DNA of 63,751 bases, counting the filler, from Octopus bimaculoides (Eukaryota), in NCBI RefSeq assembly GCF_001194135.2. It is 5 parts of 5 records of this genome, joined end to end, with 100 filler letters (N's around TTAATTAATTAA, not from the genome) between each part and the next. Parts side by side here need not be neighbours in the genome. Positions count along the whole stretch, not along the records: positions 9,531 to 31,624 come from NC_068993.1; positions 31,725 to 44,437 come from NC_069007.1; 3 more parts are not named here. One strand, given 5' to 3'. Position 1 is the first letter of the stretch. Each line of letters starts with the position of its first letter. Positions 24,838-36,566 of this stretch are shown here, piece after piece. Below the pieces are notes generated by a model that saw only the letters and a program-made list of their open reading frames with translations, was not told where the DNA came from and ran no database searches. The position numbers and the translations under genes are program-made.

Positions 24838-25812
24838 CTATATATATTTATTCCATTATATGTGTACTGTAGGTTTGACTTTTTTCATGAATCTCTTTAT
24901 TTAGCTATTAACTTCCACCGTTAATAGCTAATTTATACACAGCCCGCCAACGTTTTGTGACATCACTGACTAGTCAGTGTTAAAAAAACTATTTGGTTCC
25001 AATTTCTATCTGGTAAGGTGACTGTATAGCGACTCGTTTGTTGGCTCAAATTTCACAAAGGACCAAAGGAGTTTCTTTCTCAATCAAGAGTTTCTTTGTC
25101 TTCCTTTCAGTTTGTCAGATTTTTAATCTGCTATTCGGTACATGGTTGTCTGTTGGTGATGTGCTCAATTTACACGGAAATTACATGATGCAACAATCCC
25201 AAACGCCGGTGCTGATGAAATTCCATCTGCCGATATAATCTGTGCATTTTAGCACTTGACATCTGCAGGAGATGATTTCTCAGGACGATTACAGGCGTGA
25301 TTGTGAGATAAGAAGCTTGCTTTCCATGCACATGGTTTCGGGTTCAGTCTCACAACGTGTCGGGTCGACTACAGCTTTGTGAGTGGATTTGATTGATGGA
25401 AACTGAATATATATATATATATATATATATATTCATTTAAAATACAGAGATGCCTGTAATAGGACATCTAACCCGCTAGAAATAGCAGCAAGACTACATA
25501 CCACAAAAAAGTAGGGATAATATTTTAAATGAATAATGCATAGTCTATTGACTGTTTTTTTACCCTCGCTAGACCACTGGTGGTAAAATAAAATTTCTAA
25601 AATTTTCTTTGCTACCCTGTATTTTATTAATANNNNNNNNNNNNNNNNNNNNNNNNNNNNNNNNNNNNNNNNNNNNNNNNNNNNNNNNNNNNNNNNNNNN
25701 NNNNNNNNNNNNNNNNNNNNNNNNNNNNNNNNNNNNNNNNNNNNNNNNNNNNNNNNNNNNNNNNNNNNNNNNNNNNNNNNNNNNNNNNNNNNNNNNNNNN
25801 NNNNNNNNNNNN

Positions 25813-25940
25813 TATACAAACGGGCTTTTTTCCGTTTCTGTCTACCAAATCCACTCACAAGGCTCTGGCCGGTCGAGGCTATAATAGAAGACACTTACCT
25901 AAGGTGCCACGCAGTGGGACTGAACCCGGGAACATGTGCT
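25813..25940 (-). mobile_element. SINE A 5' half, bounded by a gap
   Basis: ccaaatccactcacaagg...gccacgcagtgggactgaacccggg. Confidence 0.8.
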
Positions 25941-26666
25941 TGAAGTCACATTTATGGGAGCCTGGAAAACTTTATCTAAAATTCCGACTTTAGCTTTCGG
26001 CTTTACTTCTGTAGAACTATTTCTCACTCCACAACCTCTCTCTCTCTCTCTTAGGGGTTGTAGTTAGTACAAAATCCAACCTACCCACTGGTGCACACAC
26101 ATACACACACACACACATACACACACACATATGCACACACACACATATATAACATATTAATGTGTGTGTATCAGTGTGTATATGCTTGCATGTATGGGGG
26201 TGTACGTTACGTGCGTATCAATGTATCTAGTATCATAAATTGGCTGAAGCAAAGGTATTCGGTATCCTTCTGAGACTTACATAAAGATCTGATATCTTTA
26301 GATATCTTATGATTAATTCAAATCTCTATACATAACAATATGCTTACACTCATGTGAATGTCTGTTTGTGTATATGTATTTTCTATGCCCATATGTCTTT
26401 GTGTGTGTTTGTGTGATAATAGAAGGGTACTTTGAAGTAAGTAGATGTCTGTTTAAGCTATTAATACTTATAAGGGTAGGGGAAACATGTATTTCGTTAC
26501 CAGATATGTTAGAGTGCCGGTCAAAATACATTGTAGTTATCGTTTGTGCCGGATTAAGAGATTTTTTTTTTTTTTTTTAGTCATTTACATTGCAAGTTCA
26601 AATCTGTCCTTAATGAAATCTACATAATGCACATAACAGGACTGATGCGTAAAAAAGAAAACCCTT

Positions 26667-26697
<31 letters not shown>

Positions 26698-27535
26698 CAT
26701 GTATATATNNNNNNNNNNNNNNNNNNNNNNNNNNNNNNNNNNNNNNNNNNNNNNNNNNNNNNNNNNNNNNNNNNNNNNNNNNNNNNNNNNNNNNNNNNNN
26801 NNNNNNNNNNNNNNNNNNNNNNNNNNNNNNNNNNNNNNNNNNNNNNNNNNNNNNNNNNNNNNNNNNNNNNNNNNNNNNNNNNNNNNNNNNNNNNNNNNNN
26901 NNNNNNNNNNNNNNNNNNNNNNNNNNNNNNNNNNNNNNNNNNNNNNNNNNNNNNNNNNNNNNNNNNNNNNNNNNNNNNNNNNNNNNNNNNNNNNNNNNNN
27001 NNNNNNNNNNNNNNNNNNNNNNNNNNNNNNNNNNNNNNNNNNNNNNNNNNNNNNNNNNNNNNNNNNNNNNNNNNNNNNNNNNNNNNNNNNNNNNNNNNNN
27101 NNNNNNNNNNNNNNNNNNNNNNNNNNNNNNNNNNNNNNNNNNNNNNNNNNNNNNNNNNNNNNNNNNNNNNNNNNNNNNNNNNNNNNNNNNNNNNNNNNNN
27201 NNNNNNNNNNNNNNNNNNNNNNNNNNNNNNNNNNNNNNNNNNNNNNNNNNNNNNNNNNNNNNNNNNNNNNNNNNNNNNNNNNNNNNNNNNNNNNNNNNNN
27301 NNNNNNNNNNNNNNNNNNNNNNNNNNNNNNNNNNNNNNNNNNNNNNNNNNNNNNNNNNNNNNNNNNNNNNNNNNNNNNNNNNNNNNNNNNNNNNNNNNNN
27401 NNNNNNNATATATATATATATATATATATATACCTATGTATCTTTCTCACTTTCTGTTTATCTTTTTCTCCTTGTCTGTCTGTCTGTCAATTCCCCACTT
27501 TATACATACATACATACCTACATACATACATACAT

Positions 27536-28739
27536 ATGTCGCATCATATCCCCTTGGCAACAGCTTTTAACCATCAAGTGTTGAGGTGCGTCCCTTGACC
27601 AAGTTCGCATACAAGAGGTTGATGACATCATAAGATTTGACCAACATTCCTTGTCTGATAACCTAGAATACATGCTCAAAGTAGTCTCATGTCCCTACCG
27701 CAACGTATCATCAAATGAAAGGATGAGCCTATATGAGCAGAAGATTATGCACGGATTATGTTAGTAGAAAGCTCCGTGATGACAGTAACATCGATCATCT
27801 AAGCAATGTATCATGGACCAAAAACTGGATTACTTCCTCCCAATTTGAAGGGTATGCGTTTGCAATCCATGAACATGAAATATAAACCAAATACGTGATG
27901 CAAAAAGAGACAGAGATGCAGGAAAAGCACTAAAATATGATAACCGATGCAGACTTTGTAGAGTTCACACCGAAAATATAATCATAAGCAGTTGTCCGAA
28001 AATGACATCACGGTATTATCTACCGACGACAGATAATGTTGTAGCTAGGACACTCTATAATGAAATCCGTCTGAAGAATAAACCCGAGGACAAAGAAATA
28101 AGGACCCACAGTATGGTAGAAGCCACAGCCACTCATAATAAAAAAGGGGTACTGGTGGAATGTCCCAATAAAGACCACAATAAAATGTAAGCACAACAGA
28201 CCTGATATAATGATTTGGGATACATAAAAGAAACTGTGCACAGTTGTGGAAATTAGCTGCCCAGCGGATGTTAACATAAAGCTGAAGAACAGTGAAAAAA
28301 AGAATGGCTACGTTGAACAATTGAGAAATCTGCTGTTACTCTACCCACATTACATGTTCAGGTTTATACTTGTAATTATTGGAGCCCCGGAATATGTATC
28401 ACACTGCCTAAATACCAATCTTGAGAAATTAGGCTTCTCAAAACCAGAAAAGAGAAAGCTAATTCGAAGACTACAGATCCAATCCATCACTGGAACTGTA
28501 AAAATCAGTAAAATTTTCCAGAAGTTTATCATTTAAATATATATGAGCATGTCTAGATATGCAACTGTATGCATGAGCATACATACATAAACATAACATA
28601 CAAACCTGCACATATACATACATACAAACAAAAATACCCTGTTGTTGATGTTGAAATTCCAATAAAAGAGCCTTGGATCTGGGTTAGAAACCGGCTCTTT
28701 CTCTATTGGCAAGAAGTCTTCAAATAAAAATGAACAATG
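27536..28739 (+). mobile_element. R4/Dong-like RLE non-LTR retrotransposon, 5'-truncated (copy 2), with complete 3' UTR
   Basis: SQFEGYAFAIHEHEI*TKY...DNRCRLCRVHTENI.IISSCPKM...VVARTLY...KHNRPDIMIWD...VVEISCPADVNI...EKKNGY...VIIGA...IQSITGTVKI; (ATAC)n on both sides. Confidence 0.9.
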
Positions 28740-29311
28740 ACATACATACATACATGCATACATACATACATACATGCATACATACATACATGCATACATA
28801 CATACGTAAGCATATGTGTGCGTGTGTGTGTGTGTCTGAGTGTGTATATGTATGTGTATATAATCTTCCTATTTCTTTTCTAGAGACATTTTATTTTTTG
28901 CTGGTGTATACAATTTGATTCTCGATTGCTTTTATTTATTTATCTATATATTTGTTTATTTATTTATTATTTGTTCATTTATTTGTTTATTTATTTGTGT
29001 ATTTGTTTATTTAGCACGTCCCAAAAGCCAAGCCGCATTTCAATATTGTTTATAATCGAAAACCTGACATGCGTATAGGACACAGGTTTCATGTATATTT
29101 ATTTACATTGCCACTATGCTAAACGTCTCGTTGACTAGCAGCAACAGCAATAAGGGAAACGTCTGTGCATGTATGTATGTATGTATGTATGTATGTATGC
29201 ATGCATGCATGCATGCATGTATGTATGTATGCATGCATGTATGTATGTATGCATGCATGCATACACGCATGCATGCGTGTGAATATGTATTTGTGTGTGT
29301 GTGTGTGTGTG

Positions 29312-29445
29312 GGGGGGCTTAGTGGTTAAGGTATTGCGCTCATGATTGTAAGATTGTGGTTTCGATTCCTGAACCGGGCGATTCGTTGTGTCCTTGAGTA
29401 AAACACTAAATTTCACGTTGCCCCAGTCCACTCAGGAGGCAAAAA
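29312..29445 (+). mobile_element. SINE family C, truncated
   Basis: ggcttagtggttaagg...gtttcgattcctg...gtgtccttgagtaaaacactaaatttcacgttgccccagtccactcag. Confidence 0.78.
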
Positions 29446-29659
29446 GAGCACGATCTAATGTTTCGGACAGAAACCCTTCTTCAGTGAGAGAAGCGTCAAC
29501 AAGTGTTGACATTTCTTTCTTACTAGGGAAGTGTTATGCGTATAATTGCTTAAAATCGATTCTATAGTTTAGATTATATTATATTGATCTTAATTATGTT
29601 TTTAAAGCTTTTCACAACAACAACAGAACTATTGATACCAAGCGAAGAAGGGTGCAGGA

Positions 29660-29830
29660 AATGCTAGTAATAACAGCTAGATGTAATAAGTATATGCTGG
29701 GTAACGAAAATGTAAAATGAACTACATCTACTAAAGATTTGGGGATAGTTACAGTATTCTCAAGAATGTATTCATTTCAAGGAATTCTATTTGACAGAAG
29801 TTTATCATTATATAAGGCAAATTTTATGGC
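29660..29830 (+). mobile_element. degenerate CR1-like LINE RT fragment
   Basis: YMLGNENVK*TTSTKDLGIV resembles the Y-x-L-G...KDLGV motif at the end of CR1-type RT. Confidence 0.4.
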
Positions 29831-31580
29831 TTGAAATTGGGTTGAGGATGACCAAAGTCACTTTATGTTCTTTCGAACCGTTATGTATATATATGTGTGT
29901 GTGTGTGTGTATATATATATATANNNNNNNNNNNNNNNNNNNNNNNNNNNNNNNNNNNNNNNNNNNNNNNNNNNNNNNNNNNNNNNNNNNNNNNNNNNNN
30001 NNNNNNNNNNNNNNNNNNNNNNNNNNNNNNNNNNNNNNNNNNNNNNNNNNNNNNNNNNNNNNNNNNNNNNNNNNNNNNNNNNNNNNNNNNNNNNNNNNNN
30101 NNNNNNNNNNNNNNNNNNNNNNNNNNNNNNNNNNNNNNNNNNNNNNNNNNNNNNNNNNNNNNNNNNNNNNNNNNNNNNNNNNNNNNNNNNNNNNNNNNNN
30201 NNNNNNNNNNNNNNNNNNNNNNNNNNNNNNNNNNNNNNNNNNNNNNNNNNNNNNNNNNNNNNNNNNNNNNNNNNNNNNNNNNNNNNNNNNNNNNNNNNNN
30301 NNNNNNNNNNNNNNNNNNNNNNNNNNNNNNNNNNNNNNNNNNNNNNNNNNNNNNNNNNNNNNNNNNNNNNNNNNNNNNNNNNNNNNNNNNNNNNNNNNNN
30401 NNNNNNNNNNNNNNNNNNNNNNNNNNNNNNNNNNNNNNNNNNNNNNNNNNNNNNNNNNNNNNNNNNNNNNNNNNNNNNNNNNNNNNNNNNNNNNNNNNNN
30501 NNNNNNNNNNNNNNNNNNNNNNNNNNNNNNNNNNNNNNNNNNNNNNNNNNNNNNNNNNNNNNNNNNNNNNNNNNNNNNNNNNNNNNNNNNNNNNNNNNNN
30601 NNNNNTATATATATATATATATATGTATGTATATATATATGCATTCAAGGCATTTTATGTCTGTTTGGACTGTCTCAGCAGATAATCGTGTGAGCAATAA
30701 AGTAATATGAGCTGAACAAGTCTAAGAATAATACATATATTGGTAAATATATTTTACACCGTCCTAAACATACCCATACCCCTAGACCTACCTACCTAGT
30801 CATCCACCCCACCCTCTAGCTACCTACCCATCTACCTCCCTACCATTCCGCACAGTAAGCTAACAATTCTTTGACACAGAACTAGAGGAACTTGATTATG
30901 TAAGCACCCCTCTTGCCCCCAAAGCCAACCCATAGATTGTCTGTCACACACGTGTCAACATTATTATCAGCAGAAACGACTGTCTGCAAACAATAACACA
31001 CACACACACGCATGCATGCACACACACATTAATACACATGCATTGTTACACACTCATACTCGCAAAGGCAGACATACACATGCAGATATAAAGAAACACA
31101 CACACATACTAACAGACACACTCTCTCACACACACACTCTGATATACACACAGACATACAAGTACATATACATATGCATGAGTGCATTCATACACATGTG
31201 TGTGTCCTTGCGTATGTCTATCTATTTATGTATTCTATGTATGTATGTATGTATGTATGTATGTATGTATGTATCTATCTATCTATCTATCTATCTATCT
31301 ACCTATCTATATTTATGCATGTGTGTAGATGTATGTGGGTGTATGTGTGTGTATAAGTATATCTATTTATATTTCTACTTATATACATATATTCGTACAC
31401 ACTCACACACACACATACACATATTTATATATATAGACACATGCATACGTACATATGCTCCCCAACATGCACACATATATGTAAATTCAGACACATATAA
31501 CCAAATATTGCGTATACATACAGGCATATATATATGTATACATATATACATACATGCATACATACATATATACATACATG

Positions 31581-31624
<44 letters not shown>

Positions 31625-31859
31625 NNNNNNNNNNNNNNNNNNNNNNNNNNNNNNNNNNNNNNNNNNNNTTAATTAATTAANNNNNNNNNNNNNNNNNNNN
31701 NNNNNNNNNNNNNNNNNNNNNNNNTTGTGTTCTGGTTTCAAATCTCGCAGAGGACAACTTTGCCATAAAGCCTTTCGGGTTCAGTAGAAAATAAAGCACT
31801 GTCAATTCTAATTTCTCCGATATATTTCTAAAATTTGGTTGTTAAAGATTACAGTGCCC

Positions 31860-32608
31860 CTAAAACTATTGGGATGACACTTACTCTCTTCACTGCTCAT
31901 ATTCGTGCAATTTCGACCAAGATCAAAAAGTTAACAGAAGAAATGACAGATGGTTATGTGCAGACCTTTTTGAAGCTCCAAGCGTTAGGCATACAAAATT
32001 TCATGCAACTGTCATGGTTTTAGGTGTTGTCAGCAATGAAGGACATGTGATGCCTCCTTACTTCTTTCCGCAAGGCTTTAGAGTTAACTCTGCCGCCTAT
32101 ATTGAGGTTCTGGAAATAATTGTTAAGCCCTGGATAGACAGTGTATGCAATGAAAGGCCATATGTGTTTCAGTAAGACTCTGCATTATCACACACGACTC
32201 TAGTAACACAGGAATGGATGGTTGAAAATTTTCATGATCACACAACCCCTAACATTTGGCTTCCTAATTCCCCAAATCTCAATCCATTGGACTATTACAT
32301 GTGGAGCGTTGTTGAGAGAAAGGTCAATGAACACGCCCATAACACCAAAGATTCTTTGAAAGCTGCCATAGTCAGAGTAATGTCCAAAATGAACCAGGCC
32401 CACCTGATTCTAGTATGTAGATGATTTGGATCTCATATAGAAGCAGTTGCTGAAGCTGAAGGTGGCTTTATTGAAAAGGTTTATTTTTATTGAAAAGGTT
32501 TATTTTTATCCTCATAGCATTTTTTGATACACAAAGTTATTATCTGTTATTATATATGTTTTTTTTTTTATAAACATAAATCTGTCCTCAAATATTTTAC
32601 GCGCCCTG
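31860..32608 (+). mobile_element. maT (DD37D, Bmmar1-like) transposase pseudogene with right TIR
   Basis: DQDQKVNRRNDRW...VMVLGVVSNEGHVMPPYFF...YVFQ*DSA...WLPNSPNLNPLDYYMWSVVE...IEAVAEAEGGFIE; 37 residues between the 2nd and 3rd Asp; TIR aaatctgtcctcaaatattttacgcgccctg. Confidence 0.9.
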
Positions 32609-32895
32609 CTGCCTACTGTGGTCTCCCCACACGAAGCAACACATTATGGAAGTGGAAGCACTCCAGAGGTCAATAACAAGAAAGATAGACGGTACGAGAG
32701 GCATTTGACTATTCGGGTCGACTAATAAAAACTCAATCTTAATTCTCTCCAACGCCGCCAGGAGCGCTACATCATTTGTGCTATGTGGAAAATATTCCAT
32801 CAATATTGCACAAATGATGTTGGCATCAATTTTAAAATCCATCCAAGACTTGTCCCCCGTGCTATCCGCCCACTACAAAAATCGAACTCCTATGA
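32605..32895 (+). mobile_element. CR1-clade LINE C-terminal fragment
   Basis: CCLLWSPHTKQHIMEVEALQRSITRKIDG...(frameshift)KLNLNSLQRRQERYIICAMWKIFH. Confidence 0.8.
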
Positions 32896-33031
32896 TGGAT
32901 GCCTCTTATGCGTTTATATGTACACTGTATTTATATGAATAATATATACTCTATGGAGTAAATTTTTACACGCTAGGCCACTGGTAATGGAAATTTCTAA
33001 TATTTCTCATTACCCTCTCTTTCTCTCTTTC

Positions 33032-33394
33032 TCAGTCATTTGACTGCGGCCATGCTGGAGCACCACCTTTAGTCGAGCTAATCGACCCCAGGACTTATTC
33101 TTTGGATGCCTAGTACTTATTCTATCGGTCTATTTTGCTGAACCGCTAAGTTACGAGGACATAAACACACCAGCATCGGTTGTCAAGCGATGTTGGGGGG
33201 ACAAACACGTAAACATATACATACATATACATATATATACATATATACGACGGACTTCTTTCAGTTTCCGTCTACCAAATCCACTCACAGGGCTTTGGTC
33301 GGCCCGAGGCTATAGTAGAAGACACTTGCCCAAGGTGCCACGCAGTGGGACTGAACCCGGAACCATGTGGTTGGTAAGCAGGCTACTTACCACA
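33032..33394 (-). mobile_element. SINE family A, near full length
   Basis: colinear reverse complement of 57621-58006. Confidence 0.9.
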
Positions 33395-34071
33395 TATACA
33401 TATATACATACATATATACATACATATATAAATATATATATATACATACATACATATACATACATACATACATACATATATTAATATACATATTATTANN
33501 NNNNNNNNNNNNNNNNNNNNNNNNNNNNNNNNNNNNNNNNNNNNNNNNNNNNNNNNNNNNNNNNNNNNNNNNNNNNNNNNNNNNNNNNNNNNNNNNNNNN
33601 NNNNNNNNNNNNNNNNNNNNNNNNNNNNNNNNNNNNNNNNNNNNNNNNNNNNNNNNNNNNNNNNNNNNNNNNNNNNNNNNNNNNNNNNNNNNNNNNNNNN
33701 NNNNNNNNNNNNNNNNNNNNNNNNNNNNNNNNNNNNNNNNNNNNNNNNNNNNNNNNNNNNNNNNNNNNNNNNNNNNNNNNNNNNNNNNNNNNNNNNNNNN
33801 NNNNNNNNNNNNNNNNNNNNNNNNNNNNNNNNNNNNNNNNNNNNNNNNNNNNNNNNNNNNNNNNNNNNNNNNNNNNNNNNNNNNNNNNNNNNNNNNNNNN
33901 NNNNNNNNNNNNNNNNNNNNNNNNNNNNNNNNNNNNNNNNNNNNNNNNNNNNNNNNNNNNNNNNNNNNNNNNNNNNNNNNNNNNNNNNNNNNNNNNNNNN
34001 NNNNNNNNNNNNNNNNNNNNNNNNNNNNNNNNNNNNNNNNNNNNNNNNNNNNNNNNNNNNNNNNNNNNNNN

Positions 34072-34358
34072 TTAGAGAGTGCTCAGCTCATAATCGTAAG
34101 GTCATGAGTTCGATTCCCGGCGGCGCGTTGTGTCTTTGAGCAAGTCACTTTAATTTCAGGTTGCTCTAGTCTACTCAGCTAGTAAAAATGAGTTATACCT
34201 GTGTTCTGAAAGGGTATGCTGAACCTCCCCCGGGAACTACGTTATGGGTACACGTATCTGTGGAGTGCTCAGCCACTTGCACATTAATTTCACGAGCAGG
34301 CTGTTCCGTTGATCGGTTCAGCAGGAACCCACGTCGTCGTAACCGACGGAGAGTCAGT
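34072..34358 (+). mobile_element. CORE-type SINE with a different 3' tail
   Basis: gagttcgattcccggc...ttgagcaagtcactttaatttcaggttgctctagtctactcagc, then tail ...ttaatttcacgagcaggctgttccgttgatcgg...gtcgtaaccgacgga. Confidence 0.78.
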
Positions 34359-34757
34359 TGTAGTAGTAAGTTGGCACATATATCTACACACACACACGTG
34401 GTTATATATGCACACATACATATATTTGTGGGTGTGTGGGCGTTTCTGTTTGGACACATATTTATAATGGATGTATGTATCTCTATCTATATATCTATCT
34501 ATCCATTTCTCTCTCTCTCTCTCTCTACATACATACATACATACATATATATATGCGTGTGATTTAGCAGATTGCTAATGTGTATAGAGAAATTAGCTGT
34601 TTATATATATGTGTGTATACATGTGTATTTGTATATATACATATACATACATATATACATTCAATATATATATACACACAGGCGTGCGCGCACACACACA
34701 CACACACACATATATACATATATATATATATAAAACAAATAATAAATGAGTATATGC

Positions 34758-34814
<57 letters not shown>

Positions 34815-35734
34815 CATCCAACCCCCCCCACACACACACATATATACGCACACAACACACATACACACATAACATACCAATAAAGTTTGGAGGTGAGGTG
34901 TGAGGTGTGTAAAGGATTGTTGTATGCGGTAGGGCAGCTGTCAACTCCCCCAATCACGTGCCCAGCCAAGCATGAATGAACTGTGTGATAACANNNNNNN
35001 NNNNNNNNNNNNNNNNNNNNNNNNNNNNNNNNNNNNNNNNNNNNNNNNNNNNNNNNNNNNNNNNNNNNNNNNNNNNNNNNNNNNNNNNNNNNNNNNNNNN
35101 NNNNNNNNNNNNNNNNNNNNNNNNNNNNNNNNNNNNNNNNNNNNNNNNNNNNNNNNNNNNNNNNNNNNNNNNNNNNNNNNNNNNNNNNNNNNNNNNNNNN
35201 NNNNNNNNNNNNNNNNNNNNNNNNNNNNNNNNNNNNNNNNNNNNNNNNNNNNNNNNNNNNNNNNNNNNNNNNNNNNNNNNNNNNNNNNNNNNNNNNNNNN
35301 NNNNNNNNNNNNNNNNNNNNNNNNNNNNNNNNNNNNNNNNNNNNNNNNNNNNNNNNNNNNNCTACTAGAAATAGCAACCAAATCTAAACTTCGTCAGTGA
35401 ACAGGTCGCGGTCTCAAAGCGACGAAAATATTTTGGCAAATTAAATTTAAATGTTGAAGTGAATCTATCGGTTTTTGTGTGTTTCTTAAATGGCTTATCA
35501 ACACCTTCCACGCTGCAATTGTTTTCGTTTCAGCACACGATCTCAGATCAGGTCACTTGCCATGCAAGTGTTTTTTTTTTGGCAACGTCCTGTACCCAGA
35601 TATGCATCTATATATACATGTAGATGTAGGTATGTACATACATGTACGTATATATGCATATACTCATTTATTATTTGTATAATATATATATATATATATA
35701 TATATAGATATATATATATATAGATATATATATA

Positions 35735-36044
35735 TTCTATTATTCTTTTACTTGTTTCAGTCATTTGACTGTGGCCATGCTGGAGCACCGCCTTTAGTCG
35801 AGCAATCGAACCCAGGATTTATTCTTTGTAAGCTTAGTACTTATTCTATCGGTCACATTTTCCGAACCGCTAAGTTACAAGGACATAAACACACAGCTGA
35901 TGAGGAGTTATCTTAATTAAAACCAAAGAAGATAATTCGCTTTGGGCGACCCGAGGCTATAGTAGAAGATGCTTGTCCAAAGTCCCACTGCGTGGAGCTG
36001 AAACCGGAACCATGTGGTTGGGAAGCAAGCTTCTTACCACACAG
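35735..36044 (-). mobile_element. SINE A whose centre is replaced by foreign sequence
   Basis: 3' half to ~35895, then gctgatgaggagttatcttaatt..., 5' half resumes ~35945. Confidence 0.8.
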
Positions 36045-36181
36045 AGACGCATACACACACACACATATAACATACTTATTTATTTATATACGTATGAATG
36101 TATGTATGTCTTTCTATCTATCTATCTATCTATCTATATAGGAGAGTATTGTAGTTCGCTTGAAGCATTGTGTATTGTTTG

Positions 36182-36439
36182 TAAAGAATAAAAAGTTTAG
36201 AATGGTACAACAATGCACTATAATACAAAAATGGACTATATACCTGTTGTAATTTGATTATCTATAGTCCGATGATGTTTCGGAATTACAATTCCTTCTT
36301 CAGATATTTTTAGATGGAGTCTCTGCTATAAACTGTTGTAATTCCGAAATATCATCGGACTATAGATAACCAAATTACAACAGGTATATAGTCCATTTTT
36401 GCATTATAGTGCATTGTTGTACCATTCTAAATTTTTATT

Positions 36440-36444
<5 letters not shown>
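36182..36444. repeat. foldback element: ~110-bp inverted arms around a 44-nt spacer
   Basis: 36182-36291 versus 36336-36444 are reverse complements, with about 3 transitions and 1 indel. Confidence 0.92.
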
Positions 36445-36483
<39 letters not shown>

Positions 36484-36566
36484 TATACTATTTTGTTGAT
36501 ATTGTGATTAATTAAGAATACTCGTAGACAGGCCAGACTCGAAGTGCTCAAGTTGAGCTAAGTTCC

